Assembly: GCF_009914755.1 (NCBI RefSeq)
Contig: NC_060931.1
DNA from: the human T2T-CHM13v2.0 reference genome, Homo sapiens
Length of the DNA stretch: 64,000 bases
Strand: one strand, 5' to 3'
Shown: one piece after another, positions 29,526 to 41,199 of the stretch
Layout: each line of letters starts with the position of its first letter
Position numbering within the stretch: position 1 is the first letter of the stretch
Position numbers and translations under genes: made by a program
Notes under the pieces: generated by a model
The model's database searches: none
Told to the model about the DNA's origin: nothing
What the model saw: only the letters and a program-made list of their open reading frames with translations

Positions 29526-29594
29526 GATTTAAGCTTTAAAATCATAAAATCACATGAGGAGCTACAAAAACAAACGAACGAATGAACAAACAGA

Positions 29595-29697
29595 AAAACC
29601 TGACCCTTGACCAATTGGAGGTGGGCCGAGCATCTGGCACCTTGAAAAGTACTCCAGGTGATTCTAATGTGCAGTCTTGGTGCAGAATCACTGCTAT
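29595..29697. mobile_element. MER5A-like DNA transposon fragment
   Basis: ggtgggccgagcatctg...ctccaggtgattctaatgtgcag...gaatcactgct. Confidence 0.65.
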
Positions 29698-30064
29698 AGA
29701 CAATGGAGAACCAGTGACAAATTTTAATTTGGAGAACAAGGTGATCAGGCTTGCATTTTAGGCAATCTGGTCTGTCAATTGTGTGAATCATAGATCCCTG
29801 GTCTTTCTGCTCAGATCTTTCAGGAGCCACAGGAATGCTCACAGAGATGTTATGCATAGCAGCCAGAACATGGAAACAACTCGAATGCTCAACTGGCAAC
29901 TAGACAAATAGACTCTGGTATATTCATATAATGGAAAGCAACTCATCAATAAAAAGCTCCCACTACCTTGGCCATATTAACCCTATGTATTTCTGGTGCC
30001 TCAAACTATTTGCCAAGGCAGAATCTGCATTGTTTTTTTTGGCTGCCCTGCCAAGCCTATCTCT

Positions 30065-30360
30065 ATTATTATTATTTGAGATAGGAACTTGCTTTGTTGC
30101 CTAGGCTGGAGTGCAGTGGTGTGGTCATAGCTCACTACAGCCTTAAACTCCTGTGCTCAAGCAATCCTCCCACCTCAGCCTCCTGAGTAGCTGGGACTAC
30201 AGGCACACATCACCGAACCTGGCTGATGTTGTATTCTTTTGTAGAGATGAGGTCTCACTATGTTGTCAGGGCTGGTCTCAAACTCCTGGCCTCAAGTGAT
30301 CCTCCCCGCTTGGCATCCCAAAATGCAAGGGTTAGAGGCATGAGCCACAGCTTCTGGCCC
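30065..30360 (-). mobile_element. AluJ
   Basis: catagctcactacagccttaaactcctgtgctcaagcaatcctccc AluJ features. Confidence 0.93.
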
Positions 30361-30429
30361 CAAGCTTTTCTATTCACCTCAGCAATATCACTCTCCAATT
30401 GTCACCCAAGCCAGAATCCTCATTCCTTT

Positions 30430-31262
30430 TTCCTTAATTTATAAAAGTTATGATTTACATATAATAAAATTTGCACTTCTAATTGCAGTTCTGTGTGTTT
30501 TCACAAAATGCACAGTTGTGTAACCATTACCACAATTAAGAGAGAGAAGAATCCCATCACACTCAAAAATTCCCCTGTGTCCCTGTGTAGTCAACTGTCA
30601 ATGCCTCCTCTGTGCCCCAACCACAGACAACCACTAGTCCATTTTCTGTCTCATACTATTGCCTTTTTCAAAATAGGGTATAAATGAAATCATACAATAT
30701 GTAGCCTTTTGAGTGGGCTTCTTTCACTTCAACTAAATCATTCATGTTGTTACATCAGACGCTCATTCCTTTTTATTGCTGAGTGATGTTCCTTTGTATG
30801 GAGGTACCACAGTCTGTTTACCCATTCACCAGCTGAGAGACATTTGAATGGTTTCCGGTTTTTAGTGATTATGAATAAAATTGCTGTAAATATTTGTGTA
30901 AGGATCTTTGTAATGGCATAGTTTTTATTTCTCTTGAAAGAAGTATACATTCAAATTCATAAGATTCTGTAACAGCTTACATTCCCACCAGCAATGAAAA
31001 TTGTTACAGTTGCTTCATATCTCTACATCTCACTAGCACTTGGGATTGCCAGTTTTTTGTTTTTGATTTGCTTTCCTTCGTCTTGTTTTTGTCCATTCAA
31101 ATGAGTCTGTGGTGGTATTTCATTGTGGTTTTAATTTGTATTTCCCTAATGACTAATGATGTTGAATAGTTTTTATGTGCCTATTTGCCATCTATATATA
31201 TTCTCTGCCGAAATGTTTGTTCCAATATTCTGTCCCTTTTTCTATTGGGTCGTTTGCTTTCA
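30430..31262 (-). mobile_element. L1ME-like 3' region
   Basis: gatttacatataataaaatttgcac...tgtaaccattaccacaattaag...tgtggttttaatttgtatttccctaatgactaatgatgttga. Confidence 0.8.
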
Positions 31263-32079
31263 AAGTCATTTTTTAATGTCCCTGAGTGCTTTTCTCTATG
31301 ACTGAGGCAGTCAGTTGCTCTTTCATGGTAATAATCTAATTTTCTTTTTCCCTCATGTTTTCTAGAACTAGTAGCATCCTTTTGTTATATTCATTTGCCT
31401 TTCTTTCTTTCTTTGAGACTATTCTCTCATAAAGTCAATGTCTTCAAACACCCCTCTTCACCTAATGAAGCTTTGAACTCTGGCCTTTAACTTCTTCCTC
31501 TAGATAATTCAAACTTCCTCATTAATACACATGGCTCCAACCCTACATTTAACTGAGGTTATCTTGCAATGTCTTCTCTTCTCTATTCTCCCAAATATAC
31601 TTTCCTCCCTCTTTCTCTCCCTTTGAAGGGCTTTAGTAGGGAGTAATGGTGTGTTACTCAACTCCAGCTACTTCTCTCTTCCAGTAAGGCTGAGACTTTT
31701 TTTCTGTTAACGTGCCTAAAGGTAACCTCATTTCACCACCAAAGGAATTCATGTTTACCACCTTAACCACCTAGGCCAGTCTATGCGACAGGGCCAGACT
31801 CACAACCTGGACTATGCTTCCTTGCCTGTAGTTCTTCACTTGTAGTTCTTTTCAATAGCAGAGTCCCCTAGGGCTTTACTCTTTATTAATTTATTTTAAA
31901 ATACCTATGACTTTCAGGAGCATGTCTATTATGAGAGAGAAATCCCAAACCACTTTATAAACACATAATCCACAAATGCTCATTGAGGCTTTAGTTTTGC
32001 TACACTACTTGTGTCAGAATGGAGAGCAAAATGATACCGAAAGCTCTACGTGAGTCAGAGAAACTCTTAAGGTTGCCCC

Positions 32080-32688
32080 TGTCAAAAAGAAAAAGAGGAA
32101 GACATTTGTCAAAGGTGGCAAGATAGATTTTATTTAAGCTAGTACAGCAGTGGAGAGAGACTCCACTATGCTAAGACAGAAAGCAGGAGGCCTTTTTAAC
32201 TCTGGAATGTGCTAAAGAAAACATACTGAAGGCCGTTATGAGGCAAGGTCTGTCAATGTGATTAAGCCATCCAGTCTGCCAACTGCTGCTATTTAAATTA
32301 GGTTCCTACCCTCCTACAGAGACTGGGAGCTAGGGACCCTATCTGTCTTGATGGTTACATTTCAAAGGGATGACTCCTAGGTCCTTGAGAAAGACATTTC
32401 TGGTTGTAGAAGATTTACATCTCAAAGGAGCTGAGAAAGAATTTACAATTGCAAGTTTTCTAAAGTAAATGCTCTAAGAGAAGGGAGGTCAGGGGCTAGG
32501 TTCTAGCTGGAAGAAACAGTAAATTCTTCTGGCAGTGTTGAGGTTTCTCAGAGAAACATTATAGGGGGCCTGATATCATCATCCTACGGACATAGCCTTC
32601 AGTGGACAGACGCCATGCTAGAATTTGTTCAAGTCTCCTACTCTGGGTGATAGCAAAGTCATCTGTGTCAAGAGTTTTACAGTCCTCA
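32080..32688 (-). mobile_element. ERV1-type solo LTR (MER31/MER67-like)
   Basis: TG...CA termini with 4-bp cccc TSD; gagaaagacatttctggttgtagaagatttacatctcaaagg motif. Confidence 0.65.
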
Positions 32689-32850
32689 CCCCCACGTTCC
32701 CTACCTCCTGATATTTATACCTTTGTTTAATCTTCTCTCTCTGAGTGCAGGTGAGACTTATGACTTGCTTCTATCTAAGTGATTATGATAAATATGACAG
32801 GATGAACATGAATCACATATGTAATTATGTTACATAAAATGGTAATGCCT

Positions 32851-33546
<696 letters not shown>

Positions 33547-34548
33547 AGACTCTCTGCTCATTTGCTGACTTTAATGAAAGGACACCCAAGTGGCAAGAAC
33601 TGAAGGAGGCTTGTAGGAATTGGGGATGGCCTCCAGCCAGCAACCTGCAAGATCATGAGGCTGTCAGTCCTACAACTATAAGGAAGTAAATCCTGCTGAC
33701 AACCTGAGTGAGTTTGGAATGCATCCTTTGCCAGTGGAACAGTTGGATGAGATGCATCCTTGGACAACACTTTGATTACAGTCTTGTAGATGACCAAGCT
33801 AAGTTGTGCTCAGACTCCTGACCCACAGAAACCATGAGATAATAAATGTGTGTTGTGTTTAGCTAAGTTTGTGGTAATTTTTTACACAGCAACAGATAGC
33901 TAAAACAGTTGATGTTTCCAAAAGCAGTTTCAGTTGAACATATTCCCACATCACCATGTACCATAAGAGAAAAAAAAAAGTTTTCACATCTTTCCACATC
34001 AGTTTGGGAAATGTTGCATTCTGTATCCTCTACCCCCTTAGAAGGGCACAGTGTATTCTGAGAAGTACCATGAAGAAACCTTGTTACATTGGAGTTGTTC
34101 CAATATTTTTCCATTATGAAGCCCTATTCAGTTTTTTTTTTTTTAACTTCTAGTAACATCCTATAAAACTGCTTTTCAAATTATCTCACCAAAAGTGGTG
34201 GTTGGAAAAAGCAAGTCTTCAAGCTGGGGAATGCATTTCCCTGAGGTACATTAAGACCTGCAAAACACACTTGCCCATTGTAGTTTTAAGGTAATCAATT
34301 TCCAGATTCTCAACTTCCTTATATTTTCTTTTCCAAACTGACCTGCCAAGAATACTCCAGAGGAGTCTTCAAATCAGTTTTCCATTCCTACTTTACAAAA
34401 AATCATCCCTCCCATCCAACCCCAAAAAATCTATAAATGACAATCAAAAGGACAATTTGAAACATTGGTTCCATATTGAGAAAGTGAATGACTTGAAGCC
34501 TGGGTATTGAATTTTTTCACAAACCAGATTCTCTCTCTCTCTCTCTCT

Positions 34549-35410
34549 TTTTTTTTAATCCATTTTTATTTTAGATCCAGTGGGTACATGTGCAGGTTTG
34601 TAACAAGGGTAACAAACTGTAATGCTGAGGTTTGGGCTTGTACTTATCCTGTCACCCGGATAGTGAACATATTAACTTTTAGTGTCCCCAGTATCTACTG
34701 TTCCCATCTTTATGTCCATGTGTACCCAAGATTTAGCTCCGCCTTATAAGAAAGACAATGCAATATTTGGTTTTCTGTTCCTGCGTTAATTCACTTTGGA
34801 TAGTGGCCTCCAGCTGCATCCATATTGCTGCAAAGAACATTTTTTCATTCTTTTTAATGGCTTCATAGTATTCCATGGCATATATGTATTACATTTTCTT
34901 TATCCAATCCACCATTGATGGGCACCTACTTGATTCTATGTGAATAGTGTTGCAATGAACATGTGAGTGCATGTGTCTTTTTGGAAGGACATTTATTATA
35001 ATTTCCCTTTAGTATATATCCAGTAATGAGATTGCTGTGTCAAATGGTAGTTTTCTTTTAAGTTCTTTGATAAATCTCCAACTGCTTTCCACAGTGGCTG
35101 AATGAATCCCATCAACAGTGTATAAGCATTTATTTCATTTTTTGCAGCCTTGCCAAAATCTGTTATTTTTTGACTTTGTAATAATATCCATTTTGACTGG
35201 TGTGAGAGGGTAGCTTATGGTGGTTTTGATTTTCATTTTTCTGACAATTAGTGATGTTGAGTATTTCTTCATGTTTTTGGGCTGCTTGTATGTCTTCTTT
35301 TGAGAAGTGTCTGTTCATGTCCTTTGCCCACTTTTTAATGGGTTTCTTTTTCTTATTTGTTTAAATTCCTTATAAATTCTGTATATTAGTTCTTTTTTGG
35401 ATGCATAGAC
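34549..35410 (-). mobile_element. 5'-truncated L1 (old L1PA/L1PB-like)
   Basis: ttttattttagatccagtgggtacatgtgcaggtttg...ttgagaagtgtctgttcatgtcctttgcccac. Confidence 0.9.
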
Positions 35411-36202
35411 AAACCAGATTTCCTATTCTTTACTTTCACTTTGCAGAAGAGCTTATAGCATGGGAGGAGTTGATGTGGATCATTGGAAAATACAGCCTGC
35501 CACAAATGGACATAAACGAAAGTCTCCTCATCGATAGTTAAGGTAAAATGAACTGTGTCCAAGGATATGTCTAGGCACATCACTCATGACAGAGTAAAAC
35601 CGAAAGCTCTGAGCTTCTCTTGCTAAAGGCTGCCTGAGTGTGGCCATCAGTCATGAGGAAAGAAAGAAGCTGAGTAAGTGCTGGGGTTCATGTATACCCT
35701 GAGTTAACTCTTACTGCAAAGCAGGGAGGGAGCAGGTAATGAGGGAACCTAGCTCCATGCCAAACCTCTTGATATTGAATCCTCACAGCCACTCTAAAGG
35801 TTAGGTGGATTATTATACATGTTGTATAAGTGTCGGAAATTACATTTTGATAATTTGCAACACCAGAACTTGAACCCAGATTTGGGGCTTCATATCCAGT
35901 GTGCTTTTAATACCGTCACGTGAGCTTTCCCCACTTCAGCAGGAAGGCAGCAAACCAGCCCATTTCCTTTTCCTTTGTAAGGCAACTCCTTAGATTCCTT
36001 TTAGGGAGGTTTTCCTTCTCCAAGGGATCTGGAGGGCACTGGGCTCCCAGCGTGATTGAGATGCAACTTAAGCCCCTGAGCTGTAAACCTGTTCAATTAC
36101 ATACTTAACTTGAAAGCATAACGGCAGGCCATTTTTTTTTTTTAACCCCATGAGAAGTTTATAGAAAGACTGATGGGATTCTGGTGATCAGAAAGTACTT
36201 TT

Positions 36203-36867
36203 GTCTTTCTTTCTCTTTCTCCCTCTCTCCTTCCTTCCTTCCTTCTTTCTTTCTTTTTCTTTCTTGACAGAGTCTCACTTTCTCACCCAGGCTGGAGTGC
36301 AGTGGTGGATCTCGGCTCACTGAAACCTCTGCCTCCCGGGTTCAAGCGATTCTCCTGCCTCAGCCTCCCGAGTAGCTGGGACTACAGGTGCATGCCACCA
36401 CATCCAGCTAATTTTTTGTATTTTTTTTTTTTTTTGAGACGGAGTCTTGCTCTGTTGCCCAGGCTGGAGTGCAGCAGCACAATCTCCGCTCACCGCAAGC
36501 TCCGCCTCCTGGGGGTTCAAGCAATTCTCCTGCCTCAGCCTCCTGAGTAGCTGGGACTACAGGCACCCGCTGCCACGCCTGGCTAATTTTTTTTTTTTTT
36601 TTTTTGTATTTTTTAGTAGAGACGGGGTATCACAGTGTTGTCCAGGCTGGTTTTGAACTCCTGAGTTCAGGCAATCCTCCCGCCTCGGCCTCCCAAAGTG
36701 CTAGAATTACAAGCGTGAGCCACCACACCCGGCCTGATTTTTTGTATTTTTAGCAGAGATGGGGTTTCACCATATTGGCCAGGCTGGTCTCGAACCCTGA
36801 CGTCGTGATTTGCCCGCTCGGCCTCCCAAAGTGCTGGGATTACAGGCATGAGCCATCGCGCCTGGCC
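36203..36867 (-). mobile_element. AluS with CT/CCTT-rich tail, split by a nested Alu
   Basis: Right arm 36264-36420 and left arm 36735-36867 rejoin at the A-rich linker. Confidence 0.9.
36421..36734 (-). mobile_element. AluS nested in the linker of another Alu
   Basis: Full Alu flanked by duplicated attttttgtattttt. Confidence 0.92.
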
Positions 36868-36876
36868 AGGAAATAC

Positions 36877-37183
36877 TTTTCTTTTCTTTTTTTTTTTTTT
36901 TGAGACGGAGTCTCGCTCTGTCGCCCAGGCTGGAGTGCAGTGGCGCGATCTCTGCTCACTGCAGGCTCCGCCCCCCGGGGTTCACGCCATTCTCCTGCCT
37001 CAGCCTCCCGCGTAGCTGGGACTACAGGCACCCGCCACCTCGCCCGGCTAATTTTTTGTATTTTTAGTAGAGACGGGGTTTCACCGTGTTAGCCAGGATG
37101 GTCTCGATCTCCTGACCTCGTGATCTGCCCGCCTCGGCCTCCCAAAGTGCTGGGATTACAGGCGTGAGCCACCGCGCCCGGCC
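36877..37183 (-). mobile_element. Young AluY (AluYh-like)
   Basis: CpG-rich; gcaggctccgccccccggggttcacgcc variant; TSD caggaa(a/g)tacttttct at 36867 and 37184. Confidence 0.93.
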
Positions 37184-38862
37184 CAGGAAGTACTTTTCTA
37201 ATAAATGAAGGTATGGCTGAGAAATATTTACAGAAACTGAAAAATACAACATTATTTAAATGATGTAAGTCACTGTAAGAACTGAAACACACCAGCTTAA
37301 TTTACCATGACTTTGTTTATCCATTCCTAAAGTATATTCAGTAGTTACATAGCACATGAACAAGTTAAATAAGATACCCAAGTACAGGTGCTTCATTGTC
37401 TCCGAATGAAATATACCAGGAAAAAACAATGACAAAAGACATTGTGATTTTCTCTGGAATTTCTCATGTAAGATGAAATACAGAGGCATATATGATCTAC
37501 TTGTATAAATTTATTTCTCTATAGCTGGCCTATTCCCCAAAGAAGTATACATGGCTTATAAAATGCACAAAATACAATAGAAGAAAATAAACATAAGTAA
37601 GTAAAATCAGGAACAGGTAAAATATAAATTTGAATCCAAGGTTAAGACTGGAGAAAAGTAGAATGCAGACAGGTATGTCCTACTGAGTTATTAAAGTCAA
37701 GTTGCAAATTTGGCTCTGGGCTTCCTGGAGGCTAAACAGCTAGAAATTAATGGATAGACTAACAGATTTTGATATGCTATCAGTGGGAAAAATGTATTTT
37801 CCATTAGCCGTCTAATTCTTTAATACTTCACACTAAATATCCTTTGCAGATAAAGTTTAAATATGGAAATTTTGTGCAAAATAAAGGGTTTGCTAATTAG
37901 AAGGAAATGTATAAAGAAGCATGTTTACAAAAGTGTTTCTCATTATGAAAACCGATGGTTTCAAAAAACATGTTATGATAAGGAAGAGAGTTTCAAAGTG
38001 TTCCCAGGTTAATCTGGGGAAAAGTAACCAAAAGCCTGCTGCTTTGAAGGTTTAATCCAAGATGCTTATCCAACCTCTTTGTTGAACAAATCTTGCAAAT
38101 AAGGCCTTCTCAGAAGATTCACAGCATATTCTGTGGGAGCTTGAAATGTCATCAGAACAGGCTTTCTGATGATATTATGCAGGCATAACATCCTAACAGT
38201 TGGGGTGAGGGTGGAAGAGGAAGATAGCAAGATTGTTTCATTGCCTGGTTCTTCTGCTGTGCTGCATAACAGCTTTTCTGGCAATGACGATAGGCATAAC
38301 TTAAAGGGAAAACAAAACAAATAAACAAAAGAAAGAAAACAAGAAAGCTTGACGAGAGCCCTCCGCACAAATCCTTAACAGAAATTCTTGACAATTATGG
38401 GTGTTAACAAAGCATTTCAAAAGACGATAGAATTATGACTCTCATGCAGATAAAAAACAAATGCATGTTAAAGATTTTATTTAACTCCTTGTTAAGGAAA
38501 GAACCAGAGAAATGTTACCATCAGTTCAAAGGAGAATCCAAAGAGCAGATACATTTATAGATCAGTAATACCGAAATGAATTTTAAAATGGACCTATAAG
38601 TGGCTTTTCCATGGAGGAGGAGGGCTGTTCCTCCACCAGACAATTCAGCTATATGTCCACAGACATTATGATTTGCTTTGTCATCAATTATACAATAGCT
38701 CAAAGATAATGAAAGGCTAGAATTAGGTAACCCTGGAAAGGTATCTCTAAATGAGGCACCGTTTTCCATTGGAAATACCTAGTAATCTTATTTGTTTGCT
38801 CTGAATTTCCTTATTCTGGTAAGTAAATCTGACCTCCATCCTGGACACCCCACTGGTACTAG

Positions 38863-39196
38863 AGAGACAGCCAGGTGGGAGGGGGTCCCTGGAGAAACTC
38901 CAACTAGCCTGCCCACTGAGGTGGAGCCTCGGGAAGTTCCCTGTTTGCAGCAGGGAGGAGCCTGGCCCCTCCTCTTTCTGTGTGGAATTTGGGATTCAAA
39001 CTGCTGGGAGGGAAGAATTCTAGCAGAGGGACTCTGGCCTTATGAAAGTTCCTGTTTACCCCTTTTTTTTTTCCCTTTTCACCCAATAAAATCCTGCTTT
39101 ACTTGCCCTTTAAACCATCTGCAAGCCTAAATTTTCATGCCCGTGGGATAGACAAGAACCCCGACTTTGGCTGAACTAAGGAAAAGTTCTGCAACA
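38863..39196 (+). mobile_element. 5' LTR (MER61A-like)
   Basis: agagacagccaggtgggagggggtccctggagaaac...aaaagttctgcaaca; AATAAA at 39085-39090. Confidence 0.9.
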
Positions 39197-39916
39197 TTTT
39201 TTTGAACATTTAAAAGCAAGTTTTTATTTGTTTATTTACTTATTTTTAGAGACAGGATCTCACTATGTTGCCAAGGCTGGCCTCAAACTCCTGGGCTCAA
39301 GGATCCTCCTCATCCTCTCGAGTACTGAGACTGTAGATGCCCACCACTGTGTTGGGCCTTTTTAAATTGAAAAGTTTAAGGGAAGCACAAAGTTTATTAG
39401 TTTCAGAGAAAGTCAAATGATGTACATGGGGGATAGTCATGAGTTATCCCATGAACATACAAAAATAAATGCCATTTTACCTCCTTTTTAAACTTAAACA
39501 GCTATAGGGACTTGCATTCTTGGTTTTTTTCAAACGTACAATTAAGTTATTACTGACTGTAGTCACCCTGTTGTGCTATCAAATAGCAAGTCTTATTCAT
39601 TCTTTCTATGACGGAACGCTTTACTGTCTGCTATCCCACAATGATATTCACCCTTTCGTTACTCATCTTTTCCAAACCAGGCTTTCTCAATTTCACCATC
39701 CTCACCTCCCCACAGCACATCTGAGGCCCATCTGGAGAATGGTTACCAGAGGCTGGGAAGGGTAGTGGGAGATTGAGGGGAGGTGGGGATAGTTGAACTC
39801 TCGTGAGTTCAATTGTTTTCATTTTTAGAGCCCACAAATAACTAAGAACATGCAATGTTTGTCTTTCTGTTCCTGGCTTATTTCGCTTAACATAATGATC
39901 TTCAGCTTCATCCATG
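39197..39916 (-). pseudogene. Retrotransposed polyadenylated chimeric insert (FLAM + unique + rearranged L1MA 3'UTR)
   Basis: 17-bp TSD aagt(t/c)ctgcaacatttt at 39184-39200 and 39917-39933; T7 tract; minus-strand AATAAA ~20 nt before the A tail. Confidence 0.7.
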
Positions 39917-39933
39917 AAGTCCTGCAACATTTT

Positions 39934-39951
39934 CGGTGCCCAATGTGGGGC
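39934..39951 (+). promoter_or_regulatory. Primer-binding site, tRNA-Lys(1,2)-like
   Basis: cggtgcccaatgtggggc versus canonical TGGCGCCCAACGTGGGGC (two of three differences are CpG decay). Confidence 0.75.
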
Positions 39952-41175
39952 TCAAAAAGCGGTGAGTGAAATGGGGGATCAAAACTGTCGCTTCTCAGCC
40001 TTTTCATCCTGGGACTTCTGAGGGTGGGGAAACCATACCCCCATCCCCCGTCGCTCCCAGGTCTTTTCATGGCCTTTGCCTTCCTTTTTAAAGGCCTTTT
40101 TCCTTCCTTTTTCAGGACCCACTGGTGAGCAGCAGCTCCCCACTCCCAGCCGGGGCTGGGACACATAGCGCAAGGGTCCCGCACAGCAGGCTGGCTGGTT
40201 TCCAGCCACGCGCGGCTGCGCAGTCTTCCCCTTCCCTCGCCAAGGGGTTTCACTCTATCAGACAGTAATTAAGCTTAACCTTTTCTCCCTGGTGGAGGAA
40301 CCACTTGCATGAGAATAAGAGGTTGTTCCCCAGGTATGTTTACACCTTTTCTTTCCCCCTCTTCTCCGCCCCATCAGCAGCAAAACCTTTAAAGTTTTTT
40401 TCTCCCCTTTACTAGGTTAGGCTCCCCAACTATCACCGTTTATATTTTCTGTAAAGCTTTAATTGTGAGAAAGGATCTGTGGGGCTAGTCTTGGGCTGTG
40501 GCCAATCTGGTGTGCTCGGCGTCTTTTTGTTTGCACTGCAAGCCTCCAGCATGTTTTACATCCTGGGGGCATGGCCAGTAACCACTTGGCAAAGCTTTGT
40601 TTAGCAACCGTGCCTTAGGGAGTGAGCCCTCTCTGGTTCAGTATCAGCATGTTTTCCTAGCCCTGTCTCCTAAAGGGCCCCGCACAGCGACTGGGTTTTC
40701 TCTTGTCTGTGTGTGTGTTGTGTGTAATGTCTGTAAAAAGAGCTCTAATTAATTTGGCTTAAAGAAAGACAAGTGCTTGGATCATGTATTTTTTTTAAGG
40801 GAAGTTAAAATCTGTGGTACCTTTCAGTTCACATGACTTTAATCTTTGAGAAATAAAAACAGCCCTAAAGACTACTGGTAAAATGCAGGTCAGATAAAAG
40901 GTTTGCTAAGTGTTTTGAGGTTACCAACTGCTGCTCTTTGGGTTTTGGGAGCTATTTGACTTGCTGGCTTCACAACTGGTAAGGACTGGGGACATGTGGA
41001 ACTAAACACGCTCTTAAGAGGGCAAACCTTGGCTGCAGTTAGCACACAATTAAAGCAACTTACCAAGCTTTACCTTAAAGTTAAAAATTGCAAGGTGTTA
41101 CCATTAGAACATGTAATTGAGACTACTGAAAATAGATTTACAATCAACGTGTGTAAAAACAGCAAAATTTTTACT

Positions 41176-41199
41176 GTGTGTGTGTGTGTGTGTGTGTGT
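41176..41199. repeat. (TG)n microsatellite inside the ERV
   Basis: ~12 TG units. Confidence 0.95.

Noticed and set aside
38440-38858. LTR-like sequence flanking the provirus, possibly continuing after 44737
   Set aside because: Resemblance to an older ERV1 LTR is only impressionistic; I could not define termini or TSD.
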